DNA of 64,000 nucleotides, from the NCBI GenBank assembly GCA_040285745.1, contig JAUFOR010000003.1, positions 1,488,001 through 1,552,000 on the forward strand, given 5' to 3'. The DNA is from Barthelona sp. PCE (taxonomy: Eukaryota). Positions 1 to 11,289 of the stretch are shown in pieces. Below the pieces are notes generated by a model. That model was not told where the DNA came from. It made no database searches and worked only from the letters and a program-made list of their open reading frames with translations. How positions within the stretch are numbered: position 1 is the first letter of the stretch; every line of letters starts with the position of its first letter. The position numbers and the translations under genes were made by a program.

Positions 1-948
1 ATATTCACTCCAATCGGATCCAAAGTCGTTGTGAGTAGTAGTAATGAATATAGAAATACCAAGCGAATGTGTATAATGGACAAATACACCAGTTTAGCCA
101 TATATACACCTTTGCAGGTGTTTACAGGGTGCAATTTTAAATTTGATATGTTGAGGCCCACTTTACAGGAACCATCTATCTTTTACCGCACGGCACACAT
201 CGACGATGATTACTCCACGATTGAGATGTTCGATTTTTCTGATGGAGAGTTTAAGTTCATCAACAATGTTGATCTTCTCTTTGAGTTTCAAGGTTGTTTG
301 TTGAATAGACGCTTTTTATTTTGTGAATCTCGTTCCCATTCCAGAAGCTCAAACGTTGAAGGTCATATTTTTGATCTAGAACTTGATGAAGACGTTAGTA
401 TGCATATCATCAATCATGCAACCACTCTACAATACGTTGTTATCAGAAACTATGTTTTTTTGATTGGTTATTACAGAAACAAATGCAGTGTTAGGGGTAT
501 GTTTTCTTTTGCAATTGCAAATGACTGAAAGCCTACTTTTGAAGAACATAATCCTATGATGTACGTTAGTCTTTGATCTCACACCAGGAGATAATCACAT
601 AATCTGGAGAAAGGGTAAGAAGTACTTCAGCAGCATGGTTCTAGGTGGAAAATTGGCCAATTTCCAGTTTCTTTTTCAGATGACAAAGCGTGAAGTCAAT
701 TGTTTATTTGTTTTAGGGATCATTGATATCCCACTATCATTCACAAGAAGAAAGCAACGTTTAGAGACGCTCCATTTGCCCTTGATCTGTACAATAACTC
801 TCTTTTGCTGTTGGTGGGAGATCAAGGATATGTAGAAGTCAACGGTGTGAAAATGATTCGAGACAACGTAAAATTCATTAGTCTGTCGACTTCCACACAC
901 AATGTGATGTCTCTAAATTTTCTGCATTTGGATTTTTTAAGTAGTTAA
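1..948 (+). pseudogene. 5'-truncated, interrupted gene of unknown function (pseudogene, or intron plus frameshift)
   Basis: Frame 1 is open from base 1 to TGA 526-528. Protein-like sequence resumes in frame 2 (about 575-835) and again in frame 1 (727 to TAA 946-948). The gene-end motif AGTAAA follows at 950-955. Confidence 0.4.
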
Positions 949-978
949 TAGTAAAGAAAAACTTAACACTGTTTATTG

Positions 979-2727
979 TTAGAACCCCTGGAAGACCTTA
1001 CAATCATCACCAACCGTGTCAATCTTCATAAAACCAATTGCACGACCATCTAAACGGAGTGCAACAGCCTGCAAACACCTCTCGCCAACAACTCTGAAAG
1101 GCTGTCTTCTCACAACCTCGATTGTTATTCTGGGGTCATGTTTGATAGTGTGCCATATAGACTGTGCAAGGAAATGCACCTCCTTATCCGATGTTCCTAT
1201 TCTGCGGATGATACCTGTGATCATTTCACCGCACCAACAACATTCAATTTCTTCACCTAACAATAAAGGTCGTTTGGGGTTAAACAGCGGCGTCAGCCTG
1301 AATTCACCCTCAATGAGATCATACGTTTCATTGTCATGCTCCCACATGAGAATGTCACCGGGTGTGATGTTATGGTGACCAGCCAGGCGAATTTTGACAA
1401 AATCACCGGTTGCAGCTGCTGTTGTCATTGCTCCAAACACCTCGATAGACTTGACTGTGACAGCTTCAGCGTTATGGCCGACGAGAAGCTTGTCTCCTGT
1501 CGTCAAACAACCGCGCACGATACGTCCGTGAACGACAAGGCCCAACCCCTGCACAATTCCGCTCGAGAACACAACAACCATCGGTGGTTGCTCTAAGAGC
1601 TCACGGGAAGGTGCCTTATCGACGAGGTTCTTCTCCATCTGATCTAAAAGGGTGACGCTGGTCCCCAGATCCTCAGATGGAGCATTGATGTTAAGGTGGG
1701 GGGCCTGTACGGAGTTGGAACGCGCAACAATGGGCACAAAACGCACATTTTTGTTGAGTTTTAGTATGTGCATCAAAGCGTTCTTGACCTCGTTGAATTT
1801 AGATAACATATCAGCCTCACGATCCAGTTTGTTCACAGCGACGATCAGTGGATGGTTTTCATTCATTAAACCAAGAAAACTGGCAACACTGAGATGCTCA
1901 AAAAGTTGACCGGTTTTTGCAAACTGGACGATTTCCGAAATGGGGTCTGATCCGTCAACCACAAGCACAGCACTGTCGGCAACAACAGCACCACGGAATG
2001 CCTCACCAACAAAGTCGCGATGACCAGGGCAATCACATAACACGATTGGTGTTTCCCGGAGAGAGACTGTTCTGTGGTTTGCATAGATGGTCACTCCCTT
2101 CTCCTGCTCTGTTGCATCGTCATCAAACAAGAAAGCGAGATCCCAAGAATTCATCTTCAACACTTCTGCCCTCCTCTGTGCTCTGTGCAAGGTTCGCTCG
2201 TTGATTGCGCCCAGAACGTCAAGTAAACGTCCACACAATGTTGATTTTCCAGCATCAACATGCCCTAAAACGACAAAAGTTAGAGATTTCGATCTACGTT
2301 CAGCCAATCGATCAACTGTGCGGCGGATATGCTTTGAGTCGGTACGCTCGACCTTCTTCTCGATAACAAGCTCATCCTCCTCCTCAGTCTTATTAACACT
2401 GGATGTAGCAGCACGGAAAACGCTTGGTGAAGGAGAGATCGTCATCATTCGTCCGTCAATCTCAACTGTAAGTGTCGGGGCCTCCTTCTTTACCAATTTA
2501 AGGACTCTTTTTGGCTGCGGTGGCTTTGCTGGCTCTTCCATTAAAGAAGGTGTTGGTGAGGGTGAGGGTGTTGCTGCTGGTGTATCTTCGGGAAAATCAT
2601 CGAAGAAATCGTTCTCATCGTTCGGGATGGGCTGTTGTGTTTCATGTTCATCGTATGAATCGTAATAGTCATCATAGTCGTCATAATCAAGGTCGTAGTC
2701 GTAGCTTTTCTGTCTCCTATGTGACAT
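979..2727 (-). CDS. HBS1: HBS1-like translational GTPase (eEF1A/eRF3 family, ribosome rescue)
   Basis: GHVDAGKST, DCPGH and NKLD GTPase motifs plus EF-Tu-like domains II/III. The N-terminus MSHRRQKSYDYDLDYDDYDD is a Tyr/Asp-rich leader typical of HBS1 rather than eRF3. Confidence 0.8.
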   Translation of the reverse strand: MSHRRQKSYDYDLDYDDYDDYYDSYDEHETQQPIPNDENDFFDDFPEDTPAATPSPSPTPSLMEEPAKPPQPKRVLKLVKKEAPTLTVEIDGRMMTISPSPSVFRAATSSVNKTEEEDELVIEKKVERTDSKHIRRTVDRLAERRSKSLTFVVLGHVDAGKSTLCGRLLDVLGAINERTLHRAQRRAEVLKMNSWDLAFLFDDDATEQEKGVTIYANHRTVSLRETPIVLCDCPGHRDFVGEAFRGAVVADSAVLVVDGSDPISEIVQFAKTGQLFEHLSVASFLGLMNENHPLIVAVNKLDREADMLSKFNEVKNALMHILKLNKNVRFVPIVARSNSVQAPHLNINAPSEDLGTSVTLLDQMEKNLVDKAPSRELLEQPPMVVVFSSGIVQGLGLVVHGRIVRGCLTTGDKLLVGHNAEAVTVKSIEVFGAMTTAAATGDFVKIRLAGHHNITPGDILMWEHDNETYDLIEGEFRLTPLFNPKRPLLLGEEIECCWCGEMITGIIRRIGTSDKEVHFLAQSIWHTIKHDPRITIEVVRRQPFRVVGERCLQAVALRLDGRAIGFMKIDTVGDDCKVFQGF

Positions 2728-2800
2728 TTTATGCGTTTAGAAAAGGGTACAATAGTTAAAATCGTTGTTATGATAATTTCATCTCTTTTAGGGTCATATT

Positions 2801-4171
2801 TTATTTGGAAATATCAATTAACAGGGTGACACACAGGTAACATGCAGCTAATTGCCACAATTCGGGCTTCTTTTCGTCAATTGCATTTTTTGCAACTCGC
2901 TGACAGTATTCATCAAGCTTATCATCACTATTTATCCTTCCACGGCGTGCGGCGGTCTCTAAAACTCCGCGACTGTGGCTATGACAGATAGATATGCATT
3001 GAAATGGAATACAGTGTTGAAGAGCTCTAGTTATAGTGAACATCGTGCACTTCTCGGAGTCAAACGTGTAGAAACGGCCTCCTATCAGTTCAACCGTCTC
3101 CCATGGCCACAAAATAGTATTGAGTTGATTCTTTTCTATTGTCCAATCCCTTCCTTTTCCGCTTCGTTGCACTTTCATGAATATCCATCTCCCATTGATT
3201 TCGAACAGAAATCTCAGCCTCTCGTGTTTTCCTGTGATATGTCTGCTCGAAAACCAGTTGCCTGGTGATGGTGTGTTTTTTTTGTAATGCTCATGAAGTG
3301 ATAGTGCAATAGTTTCTTCGCCCAACTCACTCTCTATATCATATATGTTGGATGGTATCCCCACCTGTTTTTCTTCCTCATCACTTCTGATCACATCGAG
3401 TTCAATATTCCAGCGACTGATGATCCCATCAAATATTTCTTTTTTTTTTCTGCGACTCTTCGGCTGGACAAATATCTCATCCCATAGAGCTGTGACTTCT
3501 GTGCATTTTTGTGTATCTACATTCTTTATGGATGGTGTTTGCAATTTTTTCCCTTTTCTTGAATTTTTTTTCTTGCCTTGAGCATTGTTTTTCGTCTGTG
3601 TGGGATGATTTTGTGGAGCCTCTTCCCTTTTTGCAGGAATAGATTTTGGCTCTTGTTTGACAGCAACAGTTTTTTTAACTTTAAGCGGTAATTCAAGAAG
3701 TGTAGGTTTTTGTTTTCTCTTTCTCGCCTGTAAATCCGCTCCACTTGGCGTATTCACCGCTGTCACAGGTCTTATTGTCTTTTTACGTGGTTTTTTTGAG
3801 GAAATAGACTTGCACTTGCCTATCATCCTTGTGTTCCTTTGAAGCCACTCTTCATTGTATAATAGTAATGTAATCACGGGCTCGATAACTTTTATGGTCG
3901 TACTGGGCGTGATTGATATGGATCTTACCCCAGTAAGCGTTGAAGGTGCATGTAAAGGTTGAATTGTACATAGTCGAAAAACTACATCAACATATGACTG
4001 TTTTGTTGAAAATTTGTGCCCTTTGAAGTCAAATATATGCGAATTATGTGCTACAACAATCTTGAGTTCTGATATGGATAAGCTTTCTATTGACTGTTTC
4101 AAGTTATCCGTTTTTTCCCAATTTACCAGAAGTTTTAGGTATATTTGAGTATATTCGAGTGATGTTTCCAT
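2801..4171 (-). CDS. hypothetical protein with a Lys-rich, probably disordered middle
   Basis: 456-codon ATG-initiated ORF filling the space between its neighbours. No motif recognised with confidence. Confidence 0.7.
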   Translation of the reverse strand: METSLEYTQIYLKLLVNWEKTDNLKQSIESLSISELKIVVAHNSHIFDFKGHKFSTKQSYVDVVFRLCTIQPLHAPSTLTGVRSISITPSTTIKVIEPVITLLLYNEEWLQRNTRMIGKCKSISSKKPRKKTIRPVTAVNTPSGADLQARKRKQKPTLLELPLKVKKTVAVKQEPKSIPAKREEAPQNHPTQTKNNAQGKKKNSRKGKKLQTPSIKNVDTQKCTEVTALWDEIFVQPKSRRKKKEIFDGIISRWNIELDVIRSDEEEKQVGIPSNIYDIESELGEETIALSLHEHYKKNTPSPGNWFSSRHITGKHERLRFLFEINGRWIFMKVQRSGKGRDWTIEKNQLNTILWPWETVELIGGRFYTFDSEKCTMFTITRALQHCIPFQCISICHSHSRGVLETAARRGRINSDDKLDEYCQRVAKNAIDEKKPELWQLAACYLCVTLLIDISK

Positions 4172-4371
4172 TTTTTTTTCTCTGTAAAAGGATATAATGG
4201 TGAAAGCTGAAAACAGGTTTTTTTCTATGCATATTAATATGTTTTGAAATTGTATAATGCAAAATTAAGAATGTTTTAACCATGTTTATATGACCATAAA
4301 AGTAACAAAACAAGAAGGAAATAGAGATAAAAAAATTACATCTCAAAAGACCAGTAATACCTATTTATTAT

Positions 4372-5019
4372 TTATAAGATCTTGAAAACCTTGAGCAGCA
4401 AGTAGATCACGGTACAAATAAGTACAAAAATCAAACAGCTAATGCAACAGCTCTTTGACATCTTTCGAATTTTATCAATATCAAAAGTAGCGTCTGCAGT
4501 TCTATGTGTTAAGGAAGTTTGCTTGCGATCGATGTTGTCGATTATCTGACCATGTTTATCGAATTCATCACTCATTGTGTGAGCGATGTTATCAAGAGTT
4601 GCAACACCAGCAGCCAGATGCTGTTCGATGAACTTGTCCTGATCATCCATGACATCCATTGTGCTGTCGATCAACTGTCTGTCAGACATGTGAGCGTTGT
4701 CTTTTCTGGAATCGTAAGCGCTAGCGTAAACTCCTGTATTTGTTGATACACGACTGCGACGTCCCTGTACGATACGGTTGAGGTTAGTACGCATGCCAGA
4801 GAGTTCATGCATGATAGGATCATAGCGAGGATGACTGCGACCTGCCCTATCGAGGCTACGGGTAGCTTCTTGAATTGATTTGCCCAAATTATCGATGTCC
4901 ACACGGATACGGTTGCGAAGCTGGGCTGTGGAGTTACCACTTCCCTCTTCGCTCAGCATACCGTTAAGGTTAGCGAATTGTCCTCTTAAACGTGTTAAAA
5001 GCTCATTGAAATTGGTCAT
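4372..5019 (-). CDS. Qc-SNARE, syntaxin-8/SYP5-like (or syntaxin-6-like)
   Basis: Helical N-terminal domain, SNARE heptads (MDDQDKFIEQ...MSDEFDKHGQIIDNID) and a C-terminal transmembrane anchor. Confidence 0.8.
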   Translation of the reverse strand: MTNFNELLTRLRGQFANLNGMLSEEGSGNSTAQLRNRIRVDIDNLGKSIQEATRSLDRAGRSHPRYDPIMHELSGMRTNLNRIVQGRRSRVSTNTGVYASAYDSRKDNAHMSDRQLIDSTMDVMDDQDKFIEQHLAAGVATLDNIAHTMSDEFDKHGQIIDNIDRKQTSLTHRTADATFDIDKIRKMSKSCCISCLIFVLICTVIYLLLKVFKIL

Positions 5020-5341
5020 CAGCGTAATTTATAACGTGAAAAACGTACAAGTGCGATGAAAGAAGAAGAAAAAAGAGTTACAAACCTCACTACTCTATTC
5101 AGGAAAATCTCACCCATTCAGAGGAATACATTCCCATTTAATCGCTGAAAACATTGCTCATATTTTCAAAGTCGAAATCACTCCAATTAATTCATCAAGA
5201 AACTCATAATGCCGCAATAACTAGTTCTATCTCCTCAGCTGATGGCAAGTAGATTTGCACGGTCGATGGACACAGCGCAATTCCATAAATTGAAAAGAAA
5301 AGCAATTTTTAAAATCTTTATCTATGTTTATTATGTTCAGT

Positions 5342-8300
5342 CTAATTTCTTCTACAATACATGTGCGCCTTATCAGCTTCCGACGTTCTGTAGTCGTATT
5401 TTGGATCACAACCACACAAACAGCTTTCTTCATAACTTGTATCACTATACACATTACTTAACGCTATTACGAACTTTTCACACGCCGATCCGTCTTTAGT
5501 GTAGTCATTTGTGATGTATGGGAAGAAGAAAAGTTTCAAGAGTGTCAGGCGATGACGATATGTGTAAGGTAGATAAGTGAGCAAATGAAATAGAACTGCA
5601 ACGTCTTTAAACTGTGGGGCACGTTCTGAGTGTGCTAGCTTTGTTAAGCGGCTGAATAACTTGTTGGTCATGAACGGATTAAGTATGCCTCGTACATACG
5701 TGAAGAAGTCAGTCTGCCTATTATCTGTCGGGATCTCAACCACGGGCGGCAGAACAGCTGGTGGATCGTTGGGCCACATCAGGATACGGTCGTAGTTGGA
5801 ACCTGTAGGAATGATGATGAACTGATGGGCCGAGGCAGGGAAGTGCCATCCCAGACTGTCAAGACTGCTCTTGATGATATCGTTGCTGCTCAATAAGCCA
5901 AACATCACAAAAATGGTGAATCTTAAATCAAGATCACGTGTTGTAAGCATGAAGAAGTGTAAATCACGGATGATGGATGAATACTCTACGCTCACGTACT
6001 GCAGTGAGTGCTGTGAGTTCATCAGCCATAGACAGTCGCAGATGGTTGCTCTCTTGAACTCGAGATTACGATAGTCTCTTAATGAAGCTGAATTCTTCAA
6101 CACATCAAATTCACAGTAACTTTGTTTGTATAGGATAAACTTCCGCAAAAAATCAAAACAGCTCTCAAAAACGCCAATTTCACGAAGATAATCAGTACCT
6201 GCCTGTGTTTGTACGAGTTGGTCATATAAGTGGGGCTCAATATTAATGACTGGGAGATGGTGCTCATCGTACAATATAGGATGCCTCTGTATATTGCTCT
6301 TGTTGTTACGATACTTCTGGTTAGACTCCAGTATCTTCACAACAGTGTCTGGTCCGAACGCCCTTGCAAACGTATCGTCCAACTGACGAAGCCAGGCTAT
6401 GCTGGGTGACGGGGAATTTGCCAGTGTTTTGGCCAACCAGTCTACGTTGTATAGCCACTCGAAACCGCCCTCAACTGAGAACAATTTCAGCAGTAGACTG
6501 CTGTCAATTTTCTCAAGATTGGGTCTTTTTGCAATAATTGCACTAATATTATTAATATCGTTTGCGCACTCCATCAGGATTGAGTTCGCACACGAAGACA
6601 CGTGTTCGTCCTCGTCCCATAGCTGGGTGATGAGTACATTGATCAGCCAATCCGAGTCAATGCGCAACTGGGCAAAGTTCCTCATCAGGTACCTGAAGAA
6701 CTGTGTGATGAATAATCTGATGTTAGCCTTCGAGTGGAAGCACGCCTGAGACAGATATACCCGAGGGTCAGCGTCCAATCTGTAATCAAGGCTCATAATG
6801 AGCAGAAGAACGAGATCGACACGAATGGAAGATATCTCCCTCAGCTTGTAGAAGAGGTCCAGGTACCCAGTATGTCTGAGGATACTGATGCCCAGTTCAT
6901 TACTGGACAGCACACCAAGCACGTTAAAGATTTCCTGTGTCAACGTGTTAGACAATCGGCTGATGCTAAATATTGGGGGCGGGGGGACCATACATCCGAA
7001 TATGGAGTTGTGGAAGCTCTGCAGATGCAGCGGCACCTCCCTTCGATGCTGTCCCAATAGCCTGAGAAGTTCCCTCAGGCGAACACCCTCTTCCTCCAGA
7101 TTGATCTCGCGAACATCGTTCGGTTTGTTATTATTGTGAACGCTCCTCGACCTGAACCGCTGGAAAACAGGCTGGTTGTTATCAACCGCCTTTGTTAGAA
7201 GCACTAAATTGACTTCATACTCCAAACAAATAAGAATCTCTTGCAACAAATTGGTGCTCAGCAGAAGTTTCACCTTCGAGTCTTCCATGTCGACAGCACT
7301 GATGATTAGCGACTTGAGGATTACCTTAAGAACCAACACAATTCGGTTAAATTTGTTGAGCGAGGACAGATGGTGGAATCCTGTTTCTGTTGGGAGCGCG
7401 AACTTTAATAGACGACGAAGGAACTTCGAACGAACCAGATAGTTGAAATTGTCCACGTCCACGATCTTTAATCCATCCAAAAATTTTGCAAAAATAAGGT
7501 TGTTATCCGAAGTAACTTCTTTTAGGTTTGTAACATAATTGAACACAACATAGATAAAGTCCCAATTCCAGGCAAGGCAATCCCTGTTGTTGAGGACCGC
7601 AGTGCTGTCGATGAGATCTCTGAAATAATTGGTTGATAAAGAAGATTTGAGATAAAAATTTAAAAATGAGCTGAAAATGAAGTTTGACTTATTTTGATTC
7701 TTTTTCATCATCAACTGGTTCTGTTGGTACTCCTCGAGAGACTTAAGTAGCTGGAGTCCCAGTACATTACTCTTTGTACTCAAGGCACTGGGTTCTTTCG
7801 ACGCTGCAGTCAGGAACCCTTTAAGGATTTCCGGGAAAGAGTACAACTTGGTGCACCACGCTGCGTTAAGCAGGTCCTCAGACAAGGATATGATGCAATT
7901 CATCGCGGGAATCACGTAAATGTGATCCCTTTCGTCACTCTGCATACCCAGCTGGATGAGCTCATTAAAGAAGTTCTTCTTGATAAGGGTGAGGTGTAGA
8001 AGGGAGTACATAATGTGTGAAACGTTAAAATTGTAAAGAGGGCTGTTCTCGAGCGATTGACTTTTCGTGAACAAAACGTCAAGCTTCTTCCTGAATTTTT
8101 TGAGAACATCAGTCGCATCAAGCGCGTGTGGTTCTGTCCCTGTCCCTGATGGTATCTGTATATCTGACTTTGAATCGCGTTTGGTTAATCCTAGCACATG
8201 CTCAAAGACTTCAAAAATGCTAACTCTCAATAGTGTTGGAGTAGTTGGGAGTTGCATGAATTGGATAAGATCGTCCAAAATGAACGCATTGACCCAACAC

Positions 8301-9247
8301 AATCCTACCCAAGAAGAAAGGAAACTACGAAGGATCCGAGTGCAGTTTGTGAGGATCTTCCTGAAAAACATCTCTCTATCCTTCTGTGATACTTTTCTAT
8401 CATTGTTAATGAGGAGCTCGTTCCTCAGCAGAGGGTGGAACAAATACTTTATATCGTCGTTTGAAAGATATGGACGCTTCAATGGATCAGCCAATAAAGA
8501 GATGAAACACAGCACGATACGATCACTAATATCTATTGTTGATGAGAACAATGCATGTTTCAATAAAATCGGAATAACTTTGTGCTGCTTTGCGATTGCA
8601 GGGTGCAAAAATAATATTTCTATTAAAAATTCTAATGCCACAGGTGATACACGATGTTTTATATCACACAAACTTACAAGAGTTGAAACACAATAACGGG
8701 GGATGAGAAATGGATTGATTGTGATGATTTGTTTTATAAAACAAAATATTTCTGATCGAACTTCATCAGCACTGTCGAACAAAAGTGAAAATATGATAAA
8801 ATGGTATCTGCGTTCCCATAACAACCGTAACAACGCGTCTGTTGCCGCGAATCTGCGGATAAGAACGAGTGAATATTGTCTTATTTTGGGGTGCATGCTG
8901 AACAAATGATTTATCAAAACAGTAAAGAACTTATCAATATGTTCTGAATTCTCTACACAATATACGATGTCTTTCCAGATGCGTACAATTGGGTTTTGTG
9001 AAGAAAACCAGATCAAATGCTCAAGAACGTTCTCAAGATGCTCTTTCTTCAAGAAGCGATGACTTAGAACAAAAACTTCCATAAAATCGAAGAGGGATTC
9101 GAAGGGATTGTCCAAGGAAAGAGACTCAAACTTAATGTTTGGTAAATCGAGGGGATTCAGGATTGATCCATCACGTGCTGGTGTATAGCAAAATGGAGAG
9201 GTGGCATGCACGTCAAATGAGGGCTTATACTGCAACAGGTGCTTCAT
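5342..9247 (-). CDS. RICTOR: RICTOR/AVO3, TORC2 subunit
   Basis: Blocks WNWDFI, LDYRLDADPRVYLSQ...IRLFITQ...WLINVLITQLWD, PHLYDQLVQTQAG and LRFTIFVMFGLL...LGW resemble conserved RICTOR segments. First in-frame ATG is at 9247. Confidence 0.85.
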   Translation of the reverse strand: MKHLLQYKPSFDVHATSPFCYTPARDGSILNPLDLPNIKFESLSLDNPFESLFDFMEVFVLSHRFLKKEHLENVLEHLIWFSSQNPIVRIWKDIVYCVENSEHIDKFFTVLINHLFSMHPKIRQYSLVLIRRFAATDALLRLLWERRYHFIIFSLLFDSADEVRSEIFCFIKQIITINPFLIPRYCVSTLVSLCDIKHRVSPVALEFLIEILFLHPAIAKQHKVIPILLKHALFSSTIDISDRIVLCFISLLADPLKRPYLSNDDIKYLFHPLLRNELLINNDRKVSQKDREMFFRKILTNCTRILRSFLSSWVGLCWVNAFILDDLIQFMQLPTTPTLLRVSIFEVFEHVLGLTKRDSKSDIQIPSGTGTEPHALDATDVLKKFRKKLDVLFTKSQSLENSPLYNFNVSHIMYSLLHLTLIKKNFFNELIQLGMQSDERDHIYVIPAMNCIISLSEDLLNAAWCTKLYSFPEILKGFLTAASKEPSALSTKSNVLGLQLLKSLEEYQQNQLMMKKNQNKSNFIFSSFLNFYLKSSLSTNYFRDLIDSTAVLNNRDCLAWNWDFIYVVFNYVTNLKEVTSDNNLIFAKFLDGLKIVDVDNFNYLVRSKFLRRLLKFALPTETGFHHLSSLNKFNRIVLVLKVILKSLIISAVDMEDSKVKLLLSTNLLQEILICLEYEVNLVLLTKAVDNNQPVFQRFRSRSVHNNNKPNDVREINLEEEGVRLRELLRLLGQHRREVPLHLQSFHNSIFGCMVPPPPIFSISRLSNTLTQEIFNVLGVLSSNELGISILRHTGYLDLFYKLREISSIRVDLVLLLIMSLDYRLDADPRVYLSQACFHSKANIRLFITQFFRYLMRNFAQLRIDSDWLINVLITQLWDEDEHVSSCANSILMECANDINNISAIIAKRPNLEKIDSSLLLKLFSVEGGFEWLYNVDWLAKTLANSPSPSIAWLRQLDDTFARAFGPDTVVKILESNQKYRNNKSNIQRHPILYDEHHLPVINIEPHLYDQLVQTQAGTDYLREIGVFESCFDFLRKFILYKQSYCEFDVLKNSASLRDYRNLEFKRATICDCLWLMNSQHSLQYVSVEYSSIIRDLHFFMLTTRDLDLRFTIFVMFGLLSSNDIIKSSLDSLGWHFPASAHQFIIIPTGSNYDRILMWPNDPPAVLPPVVEIPTDNRQTDFFTYVRGILNPFMTNKLFSRLTKLAHSERAPQFKDVAVLFHLLTYLPYTYRHRLTLLKLFFFPYITNDYTKDGSACEKFVIALSNVYSDTSYEESCLCGCDPKYDYRTSEADKAHMYCRRN

Positions 9248-9483
9248 ATAAAGGTTACAGTCATTGTAAAGGATAAAGAAAATAAAAACAATGCAGAATA
9301 ATTTTGGAACCAAACACAAAGTACAAAGCGGAATTAATGAAGATAGTTATTCCTTTTGAGACCGCCTGTCTCCTGAAAATACAAGCTTGGTGTGGCAATT
9401 CATTTTTATTCCCTACCTTAACTTTTAAAAGGTTTTTTGGGGTCCACGGGCACATCTCATACCATTTTCACACGCCTAAGCAC

Positions 9484-11289
9484 ATGAAAAACCCTCGAGT
9501 TGCATTCATAATTAAGACTGAGGAAGAAGCTCTTACACACACACTTTATCAACTTCCTGATGCCATAAGAAGCCGCGTGCTGAAGGATTTCAGGGAATTC
9601 CCCATTGGAGGGGGACTTGACATAGTGACCTATTGCAATAATTTTGCAGTTACATATTCAGTACGTTTTCTAAACACATTTTTAAAAGCATTTATGCAGC
9701 GGCTGATCAATTTCATACCCACTGCATATTCCAAGTTAAATATCAAAACATGCCATTGCTTTCAGTACATTCACACAAATAGAGACGTGTACAAACAAAA
9801 TGTTGATCCAATAATTCGAATGTACAATAGTGCTAAGGAGGACCTGACTGTTCCATTACTCAGCTTCTTTAATATATACTTTATTATATTTTTTCTTGAT
9901 GATATCCTGGATGTTAATGCTTTAAGTGCTTTTCGTGATGCAGAGATATACATCCCTCAGTTTAAACGCGACCTGTTACGGTCTCTAAATATTCTTGACT
10001 CAAAAGTTATCTTATCATTCAACACTGTTTTTGATAGTTCCATCTCTTCTATTACAACACATCGTCTTATCGACCAGCTCCCAGACATGCCACCAATCAC
10101 CCAGCTGCAGAAGAAGGGCCGTTCGGTGTTAGAGAAAGATCGTCTCATGAAAGAGAGGGAGGATAGTGGAGAGCTGGCGTTCAAATTTATATATAACCTC
10201 CCGGCCGAAGAACCTGATGATGAGATGCTGATAATGCTCACAAAGGCAAAGAGCCTATTTCACAGACAGCTGCCGAAAATGCCGTACGACTACCTGTGTT
10301 CACTAGTTTTCAATCCAAGACATCGAACTTGTATCTGTATAAAGGACAATTGCCCTGAGGATTTAGACACAAGCAGCATGGATCCTGTCATTTATTGTGC
10401 TCGCTTCATCGAAGTTTATGGAGCAATCTGTTTTAGACCAGTGCCTGAGAGGGAGTTTGCCGAAGTAGTATTCGTTGCCGTATCCAGTGATCTTCAGATC
10501 GGCGGTATCGGTACGCGTATGATGAACCATGTGAAGCATCACTGTCGATCTTTAGGTATCTCATTTATGCTAACTTACGCAGATAATACGGCAGTAGCAT
10601 TCTTCAGGAAGCAGGGTTTTTCTCCACATTTAACCGAGTATGACAAGTGGATTGGGTACATTAAGGACTATGAGGGTTCTACCCTGATGCAGTGCTTCCT
10701 TTTCGACGAGGTGGACTACCTGAACTTCCCAATGCAGTACGATAGAATTGAGCTTATCATCCGCAAGAGACTAAAGAGTGCCGTGATCCCAATTCAGAAG
10801 GGAATCAGTATAGACAGCCGTGATATCTTTTACCATGAGAACACCGATACTCCAGCACACTACTTATCACATAATAATCTTGTTGAAGTGATGCATGACA
10901 TCACAGAGACAATATTCAACAACATCGTGAGCTGGCCGTTCCGAGCCCCTGTTGTCAAGGCTGAAGCGGAGAACTACTTTGATATTGTTCGAGAGCCCAT
11001 TGTTATTCTTGATATTCTTAAGAAGTTAGCGGATGACACCATCAAGGTGCAGCTGGATGAGGAGGATGGAGGCATTATTATTGATTTTTGCCGTTCTTAT
11101 CGCACGATAAATCAGTTTATGGCTGATTGGGCGACGATGCTCTCAAATTGTCGTAGTTTCAACACAGGTATCACCGCGTATTCGTTATGTGCAGATAAGT
11201 TAGAGACTCTGTTAATGAGATTAATGGAGCAGAGACTGCCTGACTTACTAATTGAATATCAAAACACAACAGTCGATAACACAGAGTAG
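9484..11289 (+). CDS. GCN5: GCN5 histone acetyltransferase with C-terminal bromodomain
   Basis: HAT motifs FHRQLPKMP, FAEVVFVAV, TYADNTAVAFFRKQGFS and GYIKDYEGSTLMQC. Bromodomain SWPFRAPV...NYFDIVREP...NCRSFN. The start at ATG 9484 is inferred; an earlier in-frame ATG exists. Confidence 0.93.
   Translation: MKNPRVAFIIKTEEEALTHTLYQLPDAIRSRVLKDFREFPIGGGLDIVTYCNNFAVTYSVRFLNTFLKAFMQRLINFIPTAYSKLNIKTCHCFQYIHTNRDVYKQNVDPIIRMYNSAKEDLTVPLLSFFNIYFIIFFLDDILDVNALSAFRDAEIYIPQFKRDLLRSLNILDSKVILSFNTVFDSSISSITTHRLIDQLPDMPPITQLQKKGRSVLEKDRLMKEREDSGELAFKFIYNLPAEEPDDEMLIMLTKAKSLFHRQLPKMPYDYLCSLVFNPRHRTCICIKDNCPEDLDTSSMDPVIYCARFIEVYGAICFRPVPEREFAEVVFVAVSSDLQIGGIGTRMMNHVKHHCRSLGISFMLTYADNTAVAFFRKQGFSPHLTEYDKWIGYIKDYEGSTLMQCFLFDEVDYLNFPMQYDRIELIIRKRLKSAVIPIQKGISIDSRDIFYHENTDTPAHYLSHNNLVEVMHDITETIFNNIVSWPFRAPVVKAEAENYFDIVREPIVILDILKKLADDTIKVQLDEEDGGIIIDFCRSYRTINQFMADWATMLSNCRSFNTGITAYSLCADKLETLLMRLMEQRLPDLLIEYQNTTVDNTE

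Noticed and set aside
526-600. TGA read-through rescuing the first ORF
   Set aside because: Frame 1 also meets TAA at 592-594, so recoding TGA does not restore it.
2900-3300. Degenerate FHA domain in ORF 2801..4171 (SSRHITGKH)
   Set aside because: The GR and NGT motifs are not evident, so the match is too weak to call.
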